Part shown: piece after piece, positions 18,683 through 28,961 of the stretch
Numbering within the stretch: position 1 is the stretch's first letter
Layout: each line of letters begins with the position of its first letter
From: Candidatus Hydrogenedentota bacterium
Lineage (GTDB): Bacteria > Hydrogenedentota > Hydrogenedentia > Hydrogenedentales > SLHB01
Length of the DNA: 64,000 nt
Direction: 5' to 3'
Assembly: GCA_963668025.2 (NCBI GenBank)
Contig: CAXXTH010000017.1
Location: 288,001-352,000, forward strand
Notes under the pieces: generated by a model
Databases searched by the model: none
Told to the model about the DNA's origin: nothing
What the model saw: only the letters and a program-made list of their open reading frames with translations
Program-made: the position numbers and the translations under genes

Positions 18683-20497
18683 TCAAGAATATTCCTGCCC
18701 ATCGGGCTTTGCTTTCTCTTTTCCTTCCCGGGAGGGCAGCAAAATCGTGAAAAGGGATCCCCGGCCAGGCTTGCTCTCGACGAGCACCTGGCCCTCGTGC
18801 GTCTGCGCGATATGCTTCACAATGGCGAGCCCAAGCCCTGTCCCCCCGAGCTGGCGGCTTCGCGCCTTGTCCACCCGGTAGAAACGCTCGAAAAGCCGGG
18901 GCAGGTGTTCGGGGGGTATGCCGCAGCCATGATCACGCACTTCGATGGCCACATCGCTCCCGCGCGCCTGCGCCGAAACTTCCACAATGCCCTTGGGTTC
19001 GCTGTATTTTATGGCGTTATCGAGCAAATTCACCACCGCCTGCTCCAGCAGCGGCGCGCTGATATACGCATGAAGCTCCTCGGGACACTGCATTTCGACG
19101 GCAATCTCCTTCGCAGCAGCGCTCGGCGCGCATAATTCGATGGCGGCCTTGAGGACGGCCTGTATTTTGCCATGCCGCATAACGACCTCAGCCTTTTCGG
19201 CCTCTTGTTCGACCCGCGATAAGGTGAGCAAGTCTTCAATAATGGCATTGAGCCGGTCGGCTTGCTTGCCCACGATCTCGAGGAAATGCATGGCTTCGCC
19301 CGCATCTTGGAGCGCCCCATCGAGCAGGGTCTCGACGAATCCCTTGATCGACGTGATGGGCGTGCGGAGTTCATGCGAGACATTCGCCACGAAATCGCGT
19401 CGAATCCGTTCGAGCCGCCGCAGCCGGGTGACATCGTTCAAGACGATGACCGCGCCGATATCCTTGCCTTGCGCATCCCGTAATACCGTGCCATGGGCTT
19501 GGAGCATTTGCTCGGCGGGATCGCTCAGCACGATCTCGCTCTCGACAGGGTGGGCATTGCTCAGGGCCTCGGCCACGAAGCGGTGCAAGGCGGGATTGCG
19601 GACCACTTCCTGGAGCCCGCGCCCGGCGGCTCCAAGGCTGTCAATTTTGAAAAGCTGGGCGGCTGCCTTGTTGAGGCTGATCACATTCTGTTCCGTATCG
19701 ACGGCCAGCACGCCTTCCACCATGCTCGATAAAACGGCTTCCTGTTCGCATCGCTGCTGGACTTCGTTGCGAATGCGTTCGTGAAGCTGCGCCGCCATTT
19801 CGTTGATAGCCTCGGCCAATGTGGCGGTTTCCATGGCGTCGGGAATAACAAGCCGGTTGCTGAAATCACCCCGGGCGAACCGTTCCGCGCCTTGTTTGAT
19901 CGTTTCCAGGGCGTGATTGACGCGCCGGGCAAGCAGCAGGCTGGCCGCTATCGTGAAAAGCACCGCCAGTGCGCCTCCAAACAGGATCCGAAGATTGATG
20001 CGCCAGAGCATTTGCTCGAGAGGCTCCATGGATGTGGAGATGCACACCACGCCCAGGATACGGCCATCCCCTTGGATTGGAACCGCGGCATAGAGCGTGG
20101 CGCTTTTCGCGCCCGGCTTGGAACGAAGTTCGGTATGGGCATGGCCTTTGAGCGCTTCCGCCACTTCGGCGCGGCTGGCCAGATTCTCTATTCTTTCCCG
20201 CTCGATGCCTGCTCCCGTAAAGACTTGCCCATCGGGCAGCATGAGCATAAGCTGCGAACCGTCTTCCAGGTGAAACCGTTGCAAGGCGTTCTGGACAGCC
20301 TCGATGCCGCCTGCCGATAAAGAACCGCGCACTTGGTCCGCGAAGAGGTTTCCCCACGTTTCAAGCTGGAGGCGCATTTGAGCTTGGTGAAAATCACGGA
20401 CGGTATGCGAGGTGAGCATCGCGATGAGCAATAGAACCAAGAACAAGGCGCTCAAACAGGCGGCGAGCAAACGCCAGATCAAAGGCTTTGGCCGCAT
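18683..20497 (-). CDS. phoR: PhoR-like sensor histidine kinase (HAMP-PAS-HisKA-HATPase)
   Basis: RRDFVANVSHELRTP, NLLDNAIKY and LFERFYRVDKARSRQLGGTGLGL. Confidence 0.85.
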   Translation of the reverse strand: MRPKPLIWRLLAACLSALFLVLLLIAMLTSHTVRDFHQAQMRLQLETWGNLFADQVRGSLSAGGIEAVQNALQRFHLEDGSQLMLMLPDGQVFTGAGIERERIENLASRAEVAEALKGHAHTELRSKPGAKSATLYAAVPIQGDGRILGVVCISTSMEPLEQMLWRINLRILFGGALAVLFTIAASLLLARRVNHALETIKQGAERFARGDFSNRLVIPDAMETATLAEAINEMAAQLHERIRNEVQQRCEQEAVLSSMVEGVLAVDTEQNVISLNKAAAQLFKIDSLGAAGRGLQEVVRNPALHRFVAEALSNAHPVESEIVLSDPAEQMLQAHGTVLRDAQGKDIGAVIVLNDVTRLRRLERIRRDFVANVSHELRTPITSIKGFVETLLDGALQDAGEAMHFLEIVGKQADRLNAIIEDLLTLSRVEQEAEKAEVVMRHGKIQAVLKAAIELCAPSAAAKEIAVEMQCPEELHAYISAPLLEQAVVNLLDNAIKYSEPKGIVEVSAQARGSDVAIEVRDHGCGIPPEHLPRLFERFYRVDKARSRQLGGTGLGLAIVKHIAQTHEGQVLVESKPGRGSLFTILLPSREGKEKAKPDGQEYS

Positions 20498-20503
20498 GCG
20501 CCG

Positions 20504-21190
20504 TTACTCCTTAAATCGGTAGCCGACGCCTCTGACCGTCTCGACATAATCACCCGCATGCCCCAGTTTTTTCCGAAGCCCCGCGATTTGCACGTCAACG
20601 GACCGCTCGGTCACGGGATAATCCACGCCATGCACCGCATCCACGATTTGGTAGCGGGTGAAAACCCAGCCAGGCCGCCGCGCCAAGAAATGCAGGACGC
20701 GAAATTCCGTGTAGGTTAGCTCAATGGCGCTGCCGGACAACAGCACCTCATGGCGTCCAGGGTGAATGACCAAGTCATGCACCGTGATGGTGTCGTTCTC
20801 GCCGATGATAGCGCCTTCCCGCCGCCGCAGCACCGCCCGCGCCCGCGCCACCAGCACCCGGGGGCTGAACGGTTTGGTGATGTAGTCGTCCGCGCCTAAT
20901 TCGAGGCCGGTGACGACATCGGATTCTTCGCCCTTGGCTGTCACCATGACAACAGGAATTTTATCGGTCCGTGTGTCTTGTTTGAGCCGCCTGCATACCT
21001 CCAGGCCATCTAAACCCGGCAGCATGAGGTCGAGCAAGATGAGGCCAGGCTCTTCGTCGAACGCCTTTTTAAGCCCTTCTTCGCCTGTAGACGCTCCCGA
21101 TACTTCGAATCCTTCTTTCGCCAGGTTATAAACGATGAGTTTGAGGATATCCTCTTCATCTTCCACGACCAATACCGTATTTTTCGCCAT
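20504..21190 (-). CDS. phoB: PhoB/PhoP-like OmpR-family response regulator
   Basis: VVEDE, LLDLMLPG and KPFS receiver motifs; RSVDVQI..LRKKL and TVRGVGY winged HTH. Confidence 0.85.
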   Translation of the reverse strand: MAKNTVLVVEDEEDILKLIVYNLAKEGFEVSGASTGEEGLKKAFDEEPGLILLDLMLPGLDGLEVCRRLKQDTRTDKIPVVMVTAKGEESDVVTGLELGADDYITKPFSPRVLVARARAVLRRREGAIIGENDTITVHDLVIHPGRHEVLLSGSAIELTYTEFRVLHFLARRPGWVFTRYQIVDAVHGVDYPVTERSVDVQIAGLRKKLGHAGDYVETVRGVGYRFKE

Positions 21191-21239
21191 GTTCCATCTC
21201 CAGAAGCTTTCATAAGCCCGGGATGATATACCACAACTT

Positions 21240-21256
21240 TGTTAGCGGAAGGTTAA
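21240..21256 (-). promoter_or_regulatory. Putative Pho-box-like direct repeat upstream of phoB
   Basis: The minus strand reads TTAACC-ttccg-CTAACA, with 11-bp periodicity as in PhoP/PhoB boxes, about 50 nt upstream of the phoB start. Confidence 0.45.
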
Positions 21257-21416
21257 ATTTTGCCTAGTTTATGTGCGGGGCGTTTGTGAATAATTTTAGC
21301 ACGCTGGCACCGTGGCATAAACCAGGCAACTCGTTTAATTGAATGCTCAACATTTTTCGTCCAAAATACACTACCTTGTATACACTAGAATATACATCCT
21401 ATTTGGAGAATACATC

Positions 21417-22076
21417 ATGACGGAAAACTCGGAACTCATGACCATCGAAGAGGTGGCGAAGTATCTGCGTGTATCCGAACGTACGGTATATGATTGGGCG
21501 CAGGAAAAAGAAATCCCATGCGGCAAACTGGGAACGGTGTGGCGGTTTCGGCGTTCTGAAATCGAACAGTGGGTGAACTCCCGGCTGGGAAATGCAAGCC
21601 GGACCCCAGATTTCAGCGGGATAAACTTGCGCGTTGTCCTCGAATCCGCTCGGGTGCTGCAACTTGCCTGCACGCACAAAGTGGAAGCCCTAGATGCGCT
21701 TATCGGCGTGCTGGCCACGGCGCCGGGCGTGAAAGATAAAAAAGCCCTGGCCGAAGGCGTCTATTATCGGGAAAAACTCATGAGCACCGGCATAGGCATG
21801 GGTATCGCCGTTCCACATGTGCGGCTGGATTCCATTGATCATATCGTCATGGCCGCGGCTTCATGCCAGAATCCCATTACCGACTATGAGAGCTTAGACA
21901 ACCAACCGGTTCGCCTCATTTTCATGATCGCCGCAGGGAAAAATCAGCATGCCCAGCACATTAAGGTATTGGCAGCCATCAGCTCGCGCCTAAAACAATC
22001 CGCACTGCAGGAATCCCTCCTCCTTGCGCCGGATGGCGCGGCATTCGTTGACATACTTGCGGGTAGGGAAGGCTAA
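21417..22076 (+). CDS. Excisionase-like HTH (HTH_17) fused to PTS EIIA (Ntr/Fru-type)
   Basis: LMTIEEVAKYLRVSERTVY..WRF HTH; REKLMSTGIGMGIAVPH with the phospho-His. Confidence 0.88.
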   Translation: MTENSELMTIEEVAKYLRVSERTVYDWAQEKEIPCGKLGTVWRFRRSEIEQWVNSRLGNASRTPDFSGINLRVVLESARVLQLACTHKVEALDALIGVLATAPGVKDKKALAEGVYYREKLMSTGIGMGIAVPHVRLDSIDHIVMAAASCQNPITDYESLDNQPVRLIFMIAAGKNQHAQHIKVLAAISSRLKQSALQESLLLAPDGAAFVDILAGREG

Positions 22077-22080
22077 GATT

Positions 22081-23769
22081 ATGCAAGGCATCAGTTTGGG
22101 AGTGCTCTTTGTTATTGGCTTGGGCATTTTTGGAGGAGTCATCGGGGCGTGGATCTTCCAAAGGCTGCGCATTCCGCAAGTTGTTGGCTATATCGCCGTG
22201 GGATTGATTATCGGCGAAACCGGCTTTCATTTCGTCACCCAAGAAGATGTGCGCATGTTGCGCCCTTTCAGCCTATTCGCGCTCGGCATCATCGGCTTCC
22301 TGGTCGGCGGCGAACTTAAACTGGCCGAATTTCGTAAATATGCGCGCCAATTTGCCGCCATGTTGCTCGGGGAAGGCGTTGCGGCTTTCAGTCTAGTGGG
22401 CGTCATGACCGGCCTTGTGGCGTACACCGCCGTTCATGATGTCGCTACCGCCGTGGCGATAGGGGTCGTTTTCGGCGCTATCGCTTCGGCGACGGACCCG
22501 GCGTCGACCATTGATGTATTGTGGGAATACCGGGCGCGCGGCGTGCTGACGACCTCCATTACGGCCATTGTCGCGCTTGATGACGCCTTAGCAATGATGC
22601 TGTACGGTCTTGGCACCAGCCTGGCGCAATTATTGACTACGGGGTCCGGTTCGATTGCAGGTGAAATGGCCAAAGTGTCAATGGAGCTGTTAGGGGCTGG
22701 CGTCTTGGGTTTCGCATTGGCGATGCTGCTGGTTGGTGTGTTACGTGTGCTGCATGAACCGGAAAAGACGGTTTCCATGGCGGTAGGGGTCATTTTATTA
22801 TCCATCTGCATCGCCCAGGCGTTTGATATGGATGTCATTCTAGTTACGATGACCCTCGGGTTCACGCTGGTGAACATGGCTCCGCGCCGCAGCATGGAGC
22901 TGTTCCGGCTCATGCGGAGTTTTTCGACTCCGATATATGTGCTCTTTTTCGTGCTGGTGGGTGCGCGGCTCAGCCTGGCCAGGATGCCTGGCTGGCTTCT
23001 TTTAATCGTATTCCTGTATGTCATCGGCCGTAGCGTGGGTAAAATGGGAGGAGCGTATTGGGGAGCCCGGCTCACGGGGAGTGAAGCCTCGGTGCGGAAA
23101 TATCTGGGCATGGGGCTCTTTGCGCAAGGCGGTGTGGCGGTCGGCCTCTCCATCATGGCCAGCCAGCGCTTGGGCAATATACAAGTAAATGACGATTTGG
23201 CGTTAGGCGATGTGGTGATTTTCACCGTGGCTGCCACCACGCTCATTGTGCAGATCATTGGGCCGCCCATGGTGAAACTCGCCATTAAGCTGGGAGGCGA
23301 AATCGGCCGCAATGTGACGGAAGAAGATGTCATAGCTTCATGGACGGTCGCTGATGTCATGGATACGGATATCGAACCCATCAATGAGGGAATGCCTCTT
23401 CGCCGCGTCATACAAGTTTTCGTGGACAATGTCTATACCACCTACCCCGTGGTGAATCTAGGAAATCAGACCGTGGGAACCGTGTCATTAGAAGGCCTCA
23501 AGGATGTTATCGCGGAACAAGACACTTGGGAATGGCTCCTCGTATCTGATATCATGCAGCCACTACAAGATAAGGCTTCTCCGAAGCAGCCATTAATCGA
23601 GGCGCTTATTCAGATGCGAGAATTGCAGATAGATGAGATGCCTGTGGTAGCCGACGACAGCGGGGGTTCGCCCGCTGGCATGTTGAATCAAATCCGCATC
23701 CGCAAGCGCCTGAGCGAAGAGCTCGTCCGCCGTCAACAACCCGAAAGGTTCTCCATCGTTTCCGCGTAG
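22081..23769 (+). CDS. Cation:proton antiporter (CPA) with C-terminal CBS pair
   Basis: About 12 TMs, ATDPAST, ALDDA, FFVLVG and AQGGVAVGL; CBS motifs VADVM and VSDIM. Confidence 0.88.
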   Translation: MQGISLGVLFVIGLGIFGGVIGAWIFQRLRIPQVVGYIAVGLIIGETGFHFVTQEDVRMLRPFSLFALGIIGFLVGGELKLAEFRKYARQFAAMLLGEGVAAFSLVGVMTGLVAYTAVHDVATAVAIGVVFGAIASATDPASTIDVLWEYRARGVLTTSITAIVALDDALAMMLYGLGTSLAQLLTTGSGSIAGEMAKVSMELLGAGVLGFALAMLLVGVLRVLHEPEKTVSMAVGVILLSICIAQAFDMDVILVTMTLGFTLVNMAPRRSMELFRLMRSFSTPIYVLFFVLVGARLSLARMPGWLLLIVFLYVIGRSVGKMGGAYWGARLTGSEASVRKYLGMGLFAQGGVAVGLSIMASQRLGNIQVNDDLALGDVVIFTVAATTLIVQIIGPPMVKLAIKLGGEIGRNVTEEDVIASWTVADVMDTDIEPINEGMPLRRVIQVFVDNVYTTYPVVNLGNQTVGTVSLEGLKDVIAEQDTWEWLLVSDIMQPLQDKASPKQPLIEALIQMRELQIDEMPVVADDSGGSPAGMLNQIRIRKRLSEELVRRQQPERFSIVSA

Positions 23770-23954
23770 CTGCCGCTGAGCAGTTTACATGGGACCGGTT
23801 TTTTACAGGCGTCGCAAATGCCTTGGCCAGGAAGAACTTTTTCAAGCCCTATATGTTACTATAACCATTATAGAATACGTGAGACCAAGTGCAGCGCCGC
23901 CCCCTGTCCTGCACTGCTTTTTTGCAGCAGTCACAACATGGAGGAGACTACGCC

Positions 23955-26771
23955 ATGGCCAAGAAAACTGTGCATATCGTGCCGTATACCCATTGGGATC
24001 GAGAGTATCAATGGGAATTCGAGCGCACCCGAATGCGCCTTGTGGACTGCATCGACCATCTTCTCGACCTCATGGAAGAAGAACCCGAATTCAAATCTTT
24101 TCTGCTGGATGGCCAGTTTTCCCTGATCGAGGATTATCTCGAGATCCGGCCCGAGCGCAAGGATGCCCTCGTCCAACTCGTCAAAGAAGGCCGCCTCGAG
24201 ATCGGCCCGTGGTATACGTTGCCGGATTGTGTGCCTGTCCATTGTGAAACGGTTGTGCGCAATCTCATGTATGGTTTTCGCAAATCCGAAGATTTCGGCG
24301 GCGCCATGCGCGTGGGGTATAGCGTGTACTCATTCGGCCAAATCGCCCAGATGCCTCAGATTTATGCCCATTTCGGAATAGATACGGTTTTATTCCATAA
24401 GAATGTAGACCCCAGCCGTACGAAATACCATGAGTTCATCTGGGAAGCCCCCGACGGCACCCGCGCCCTCGCGACGCGCTTGGGGCCGCTGGCCCGCTGG
24501 AATTTTTTCTATGAAGGGCATATCCCCATCGTGTATGACCGCGAGCCCGAACACACCGATTGGCAATACCGTTGGGGCGATGGCTTAGGCAAAGTGTTTC
24601 ATACGGCGAATCCGGATGATTATGGCTGGTGTTATGAGATCCTCGATCCGGAGGCTTCCTTCCACCCCATGCGCATAAAAGAAGCCATGGCGCGCGCGCT
24701 GCAAACGACGGAAGGCACGGCGTGCCCTGAAGATGTGCTCCTATTCGATGGCATTGATGGCGCGGAGCCGCATCCGTTGACGCCGCAGATTTACGCGGAA
24801 ATCCAGCGACAGTATGTGGACGAACTCGACATTGTCCACGGCACGCTCACGGAGTATGTGGCGAAGCTCAAGGCATCCTTAGCCGGCCGGGAAGACCTGG
24901 ATGTGCTCGAGGGCGCTATGCGTGATGGCCCTACCGGCGCCGCGCACGGCGATATTATGACGGTTCATCCCGAGATATTGAACGCCAGCGGTTTGGCGGA
25001 AAAAGCGCTGATGCAATATGCGGAGCGTTTATCGGCGCTGGCGTGGCTGCAAGGCATCGCAGAGTATCCCACCACCTATCTCGATAAAGCATGGAAACTC
25101 CTGTTCCAGTCGCAAGCCCATGATTCGCTTCATGGGCTGGGTCCGGCTACACTCGTCGAGGGCCAGCTTGCCCGCCTAGATCAGGTGTGCGCGACGTCCC
25201 GGGGGCTTGAACACCGCGCGTTGCAAAGCATCACCAAAGAGATCAACACCAGCAAAATCAAAAGCGCCGAGTTTTTTCTAGCGGTGTTTAACACAACGAG
25301 TTTTGAACGAACGGAAATTGCTGAAGCCTATGTCGATTTACCTGCGGACGTGCGCCTGGATTATCTCATCATCGAAGATATGGATGGGAAGCGCATGCCC
25401 GTACAAGAAATGGAGCGCATCGAGGGCCATGCGGGCGTCCGCCACCCCCACAGCCGCAACATGCCGTATCATTCCACCAAGGCGCACCTCTTTTTCTTGG
25501 CGGCAGGCATTCCCGCCATGGGCTACAAAACCTATACGCTCAAATGGGCCGTGAAGCCAGATTCTTCCCATTCCCACGAGGAATGGGAGTCACCGCGTAT
25601 TCCAGCCGACAGCTTGCTCACAGGCCCCTATCAGGCCGAAAACGAAGTGGTGCGCCTTTCCATCAATCCGGATGGCACTTTCGATGTGATGGATAAAGAG
25701 ACGCATTGTTTATACCGCAATCTGAACTATTTCATGGATGAGGCCGAGACAGGCAGCATGTGGGTGTCTAAAACACCCGCGAATTGCCAGCGGGTATACA
25801 GCTTGGGCAAGCCCGCTGATATCTCCGTGGCGTTTCAGGGGCCTCTTGCGGCGGCATTTGATATTCGCACGGCCCTTTGCCTGCCCGCTGAATATGACGG
25901 ACGGACTAACCAACGTTCCGAATACCGTAAAGAGATGCCTATATCGCTGCGGGTCACGATATGGAAAACCTCGCCGCTCGTGGGCGTCGAGTTGAAGGTG
26001 GACAATACGATCAAAGACCACTATCTGCGGATTTGTTTCCCCACGGAGATCAAGTCAGAGCGCACCTGGGCTGAGGAGGGCTTCACCGTGACGAACTATC
26101 CCGTCAAGCCCAGCCGCGACGGCGAATTGCGGGGCAAGGAGCTTGCGCGCCATCCCGCCCAGCTCTGGTTCGATTTATGGGATGGCGAACGAGGACTGGC
26201 CATCCTCACGGAAACCGCCAAGGATTATGAGATCGCCGAACATGACATTCCCGGCGTCATGGCCATGGGCATACTGCGCGGCGTGCGACTGCGCTTCCCT
26301 TGCGATGAGCATATACAGATGGAATATCCTGGCGATGAAAGCGCCCAGGCGCTCGGTATGCACACGCTGCGCTATGCGGTCATGCCTCACAGTCAGCGAT
26401 GGGACCACGCGGGTTTGTCCCGGCGCGCGCAAACATACCGGGTGCCTGTCCGTGTCTGCCAATTCGGCCGCCAAGAGGGCGCGCTTCCTGTAAAAAAGAG
26501 TTTTCTCGCTATTGAAGATGCGAATTTGATTCTTGCCGCCTTCAAAAAAGCCGAGGACCGCGATTCGATCATCGTGCGGTTTGTCAACGCGACTGGCGCG
26601 GAAAAAACGGTCAAATTAAAAGTGGGATTTCCCGTCGAGGAAGCCTACGAAGCCAGTTTAAATGAAGAACGCCTCAAACCGCTGCCCTGTGAGAATGGTG
26701 AAGTGAGTGTCACTGCGGGCAAAGGCAAGATCATGACCATCGAGTTTGTGCCGGCCAGAGAGGCGAATTGA
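23955..26771 (+). CDS. GH38 alpha-mannosidase-like protein (MngB-like; catalytic motif altered)
   Basis: YTHWDREY, FLLDGQ, IGPWY, GQIAQMPQI and AHDS motifs; the nucleophile motif reads YSVYSFG. Confidence 0.85.
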   Translation: MAKKTVHIVPYTHWDREYQWEFERTRMRLVDCIDHLLDLMEEEPEFKSFLLDGQFSLIEDYLEIRPERKDALVQLVKEGRLEIGPWYTLPDCVPVHCETVVRNLMYGFRKSEDFGGAMRVGYSVYSFGQIAQMPQIYAHFGIDTVLFHKNVDPSRTKYHEFIWEAPDGTRALATRLGPLARWNFFYEGHIPIVYDREPEHTDWQYRWGDGLGKVFHTANPDDYGWCYEILDPEASFHPMRIKEAMARALQTTEGTACPEDVLLFDGIDGAEPHPLTPQIYAEIQRQYVDELDIVHGTLTEYVAKLKASLAGREDLDVLEGAMRDGPTGAAHGDIMTVHPEILNASGLAEKALMQYAERLSALAWLQGIAEYPTTYLDKAWKLLFQSQAHDSLHGLGPATLVEGQLARLDQVCATSRGLEHRALQSITKEINTSKIKSAEFFLAVFNTTSFERTEIAEAYVDLPADVRLDYLIIEDMDGKRMPVQEMERIEGHAGVRHPHSRNMPYHSTKAHLFFLAAGIPAMGYKTYTLKWAVKPDSSHSHEEWESPRIPADSLLTGPYQAENEVVRLSINPDGTFDVMDKETHCLYRNLNYFMDEAETGSMWVSKTPANCQRVYSLGKPADISVAFQGPLAAAFDIRTALCLPAEYDGRTNQRSEYRKEMPISLRVTIWKTSPLVGVELKVDNTIKDHYLRICFPTEIKSERTWAEEGFTVTNYPVKPSRDGELRGKELARHPAQLWFDLWDGERGLAILTETAKDYEIAEHDIPGVMAMGILRGVRLRFPCDEHIQMEYPGDESAQALGMHTLRYAVMPHSQRWDHAGLSRRAQTYRVPVRVCQFGRQEGALPVKKSFLAIEDANLILAAFKKAEDRDSIIVRFVNATGAEKTVKLKVGFPVEEAYEASLNEERLKPLPCENGEVSVTAGKGKIMTIEFVPAREAN

Positions 26772-26836
26772 CCAATAGGCTGAAATTGTTTTTGTTGGCT
26801 ACAAAACACATGGAGCAGCGCAGCCGAATAGTTCAT

Positions 26837-28867
26837 TTACGAAGCGGGCGGGTCTTGCACGAACGAGGGCCAGGGGCCTACGGCGTAAATGCGGTAGATG
26901 CGCCCCATTGATTCCCTCGCCGAGGCGGCTTGTTCGAGCGTTTGGGCGTCAAACTCGATATCGTCGTGAATGACATAACGGATGCCGCGCCGGGCGAGGA
27001 AATCGGCCAGCGCGAAGGGGTTTGACGCCGTTTCCGTAGAGATGAAATAAATGGGCCGGACACCTATCGGCTGGCATAATTGCCCCATGAATAAAATAGT
27101 CTTGCTGTTATGGCAGCTCACCAAGGCGACGGGCATAGGGTGGGCGATGGCATCACGAAAAAGAATTCCGCTGCTCTCGGGGAAAATATAGCCAGCAGGA
27201 TCATACCAAATGAAGGAGCGCGCCGCGGCGCGCGGATGCGAGGCGAAATCGGGCCGCATATGCGGAGCGATATAACAAGAAGTGGATGCGAAGAATAGGG
27301 CGTATGCCGCTTCGAACAAGGCGATGCCTACGCATCCGAAGAGCCAAATCGCCAAAACGGGCGTGATTCTCCCCAGTTTCACCTCACGCAAATAATGAAA
27401 CGCCCATGCGAAGACCGGAAGGCCCAAACCATGCAGCCATAACGTATGGCGGGGGGAACTGTTTCCTGGCCTTAACAGGAAAACGAAAATCGACAGGGCG
27501 ATCAGAAACCACAACGCCGGAAGGCGGTCAGCGTCACAGAAAGGTACAGCGCCTGGTTTGCGGCGGTTTCCTATGGCTAAAGCGGCCCATGTGCATAATC
27601 CCAAGACGCCCCCACACAACCATGTGAATCCTAGGCCGCCTTCACGCGAATCATACTTTTGGATGGACTCGGGCCAGTTTCCAAGGCCTTGCAGCCACAC
27701 ATAGGGCGCATGCAGCATGCGGGGCATATCGTCCACTCCCGCGGCGATTGCGGTTTTGCGCACGGCCTCGTTCAACTCGGCATACGAGGGGCCAGGCAGC
27801 ACTTGCGACGAGCCAACCGACAGGCCTATCGGATACACCGGATTTCCGGTATGAGTAAAATTGCGTATGCTCCAATAACACCCAACGCATCCGCCAATGA
27901 GCAGCGTGCAGCCAAGCCATGCCCCAGAACGCTTCAGGAAGGCTTTTCGGATTGCAGGCAAAGACGCTGCGGTCCGCAGGCATCGCAGCATTAAGAGCAT
28001 TGCGCCAAGCGGGGCGAACGCATATCCCGTTATTTTCACGGATAGCGCCAGCCCAAAGGCGCATCCCAGCGGAATGGCTAGCCGCCAGGGGATGGAGCCG
28101 CGTGACAGCATGGCGCAGGCTATCGCGCCCAGCGACATATACGATATGAATAGGGAAGCCGTCGAGGAATCCACATATGCCGTCACGCCTTGCGCCACAT
28201 TCACGGGCGCTAGGATATAGAGGCAGGCTACGATCGAGGAAAGCGGCCTATCCGCTCCGAAAAAACGGGCCAGACAATACACCGCCAGCGCACCCATGGG
28301 CAGAAAAAGCAGATTCAATGCGTTATCGAGTTCTTTCAGCCCGGTGGCTTGAAGGAATAAAAAATGGACCACATGCGCGCATTTCGGAGTGGCGTTCCAC
28401 GCGCTGTTGATCCGTTCAGTCCATTCGGAAGCGCCTGGCGTGATCCAATGGACATATCCTTTCAACATCCAGAAATGGATCGTGGGGATATGGCAGCCGT
28501 TGCCGTCCCAGGTGAGATCGGGCTTTATCCAAGCCACGGCCCATTGGCAGGCATATATGGCAAAGGCCAGCAAAGCCAGAATCACGGCAAGTGCGTATAT
28601 AAGCCTATTTTTAGAGCCGCCCGGCAAAGGCGGCCCTCCCCGGAGCATCCATGCGCATCCCAGCGCGGGCGCAAAGCCCAGCAAAAGCAGCAGGATGGCG
28701 CGCCCTTGGGTGATCGGCGCATGCAGGACGCTGAGCGCCAAGGCCGCCAGCACGATGAATCCGAGATACGCCGTCCATGCCGCCAGCAACCGCAAGGAAC
28801 GGCTGCGCCGGATAAACTCCTCCGGGACAACGAGGATCCTCGGAACACTAGATTCGCCTGCGATCAT
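26837..28867 (-). CDS. Polytopic membrane protein, possible GT-C-fold glycosyltransferase
   Basis: Many TMs, a periplasmic WD...H.P loop, YVD, LSVK and NF..TGNPVYP motifs. Confidence 0.6.
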   Translation of the reverse strand: MIAGESSVPRILVVPEEFIRRSRSLRLLAAWTAYLGFIVLAALALSVLHAPITQGRAILLLLLGFAPALGCAWMLRGGPPLPGGSKNRLIYALAVILALLAFAIYACQWAVAWIKPDLTWDGNGCHIPTIHFWMLKGYVHWITPGASEWTERINSAWNATPKCAHVVHFLFLQATGLKELDNALNLLFLPMGALAVYCLARFFGADRPLSSIVACLYILAPVNVAQGVTAYVDSSTASLFISYMSLGAIACAMLSRGSIPWRLAIPLGCAFGLALSVKITGYAFAPLGAMLLMLRCLRTAASLPAIRKAFLKRSGAWLGCTLLIGGCVGCYWSIRNFTHTGNPVYPIGLSVGSSQVLPGPSYAELNEAVRKTAIAAGVDDMPRMLHAPYVWLQGLGNWPESIQKYDSREGGLGFTWLCGGVLGLCTWAALAIGNRRKPGAVPFCDADRLPALWFLIALSIFVFLLRPGNSSPRHTLWLHGLGLPVFAWAFHYLREVKLGRITPVLAIWLFGCVGIALFEAAYALFFASTSCYIAPHMRPDFASHPRAAARSFIWYDPAGYIFPESSGILFRDAIAHPMPVALVSCHNSKTILFMGQLCQPIGVRPIYFISTETASNPFALADFLARRGIRYVIHDDIEFDAQTLEQAASARESMGRIYRIYAVGPWPSFVQDPPAS

Positions 28868-28961
28868 CCAACTACCTTTGTAATAAATTCAATCTGAATA
28901 ACACCTTAGCCACTTAAAGCAAGGGCGGCTCTTTTAGACATGCCACGCGGTGAAGCTACGC

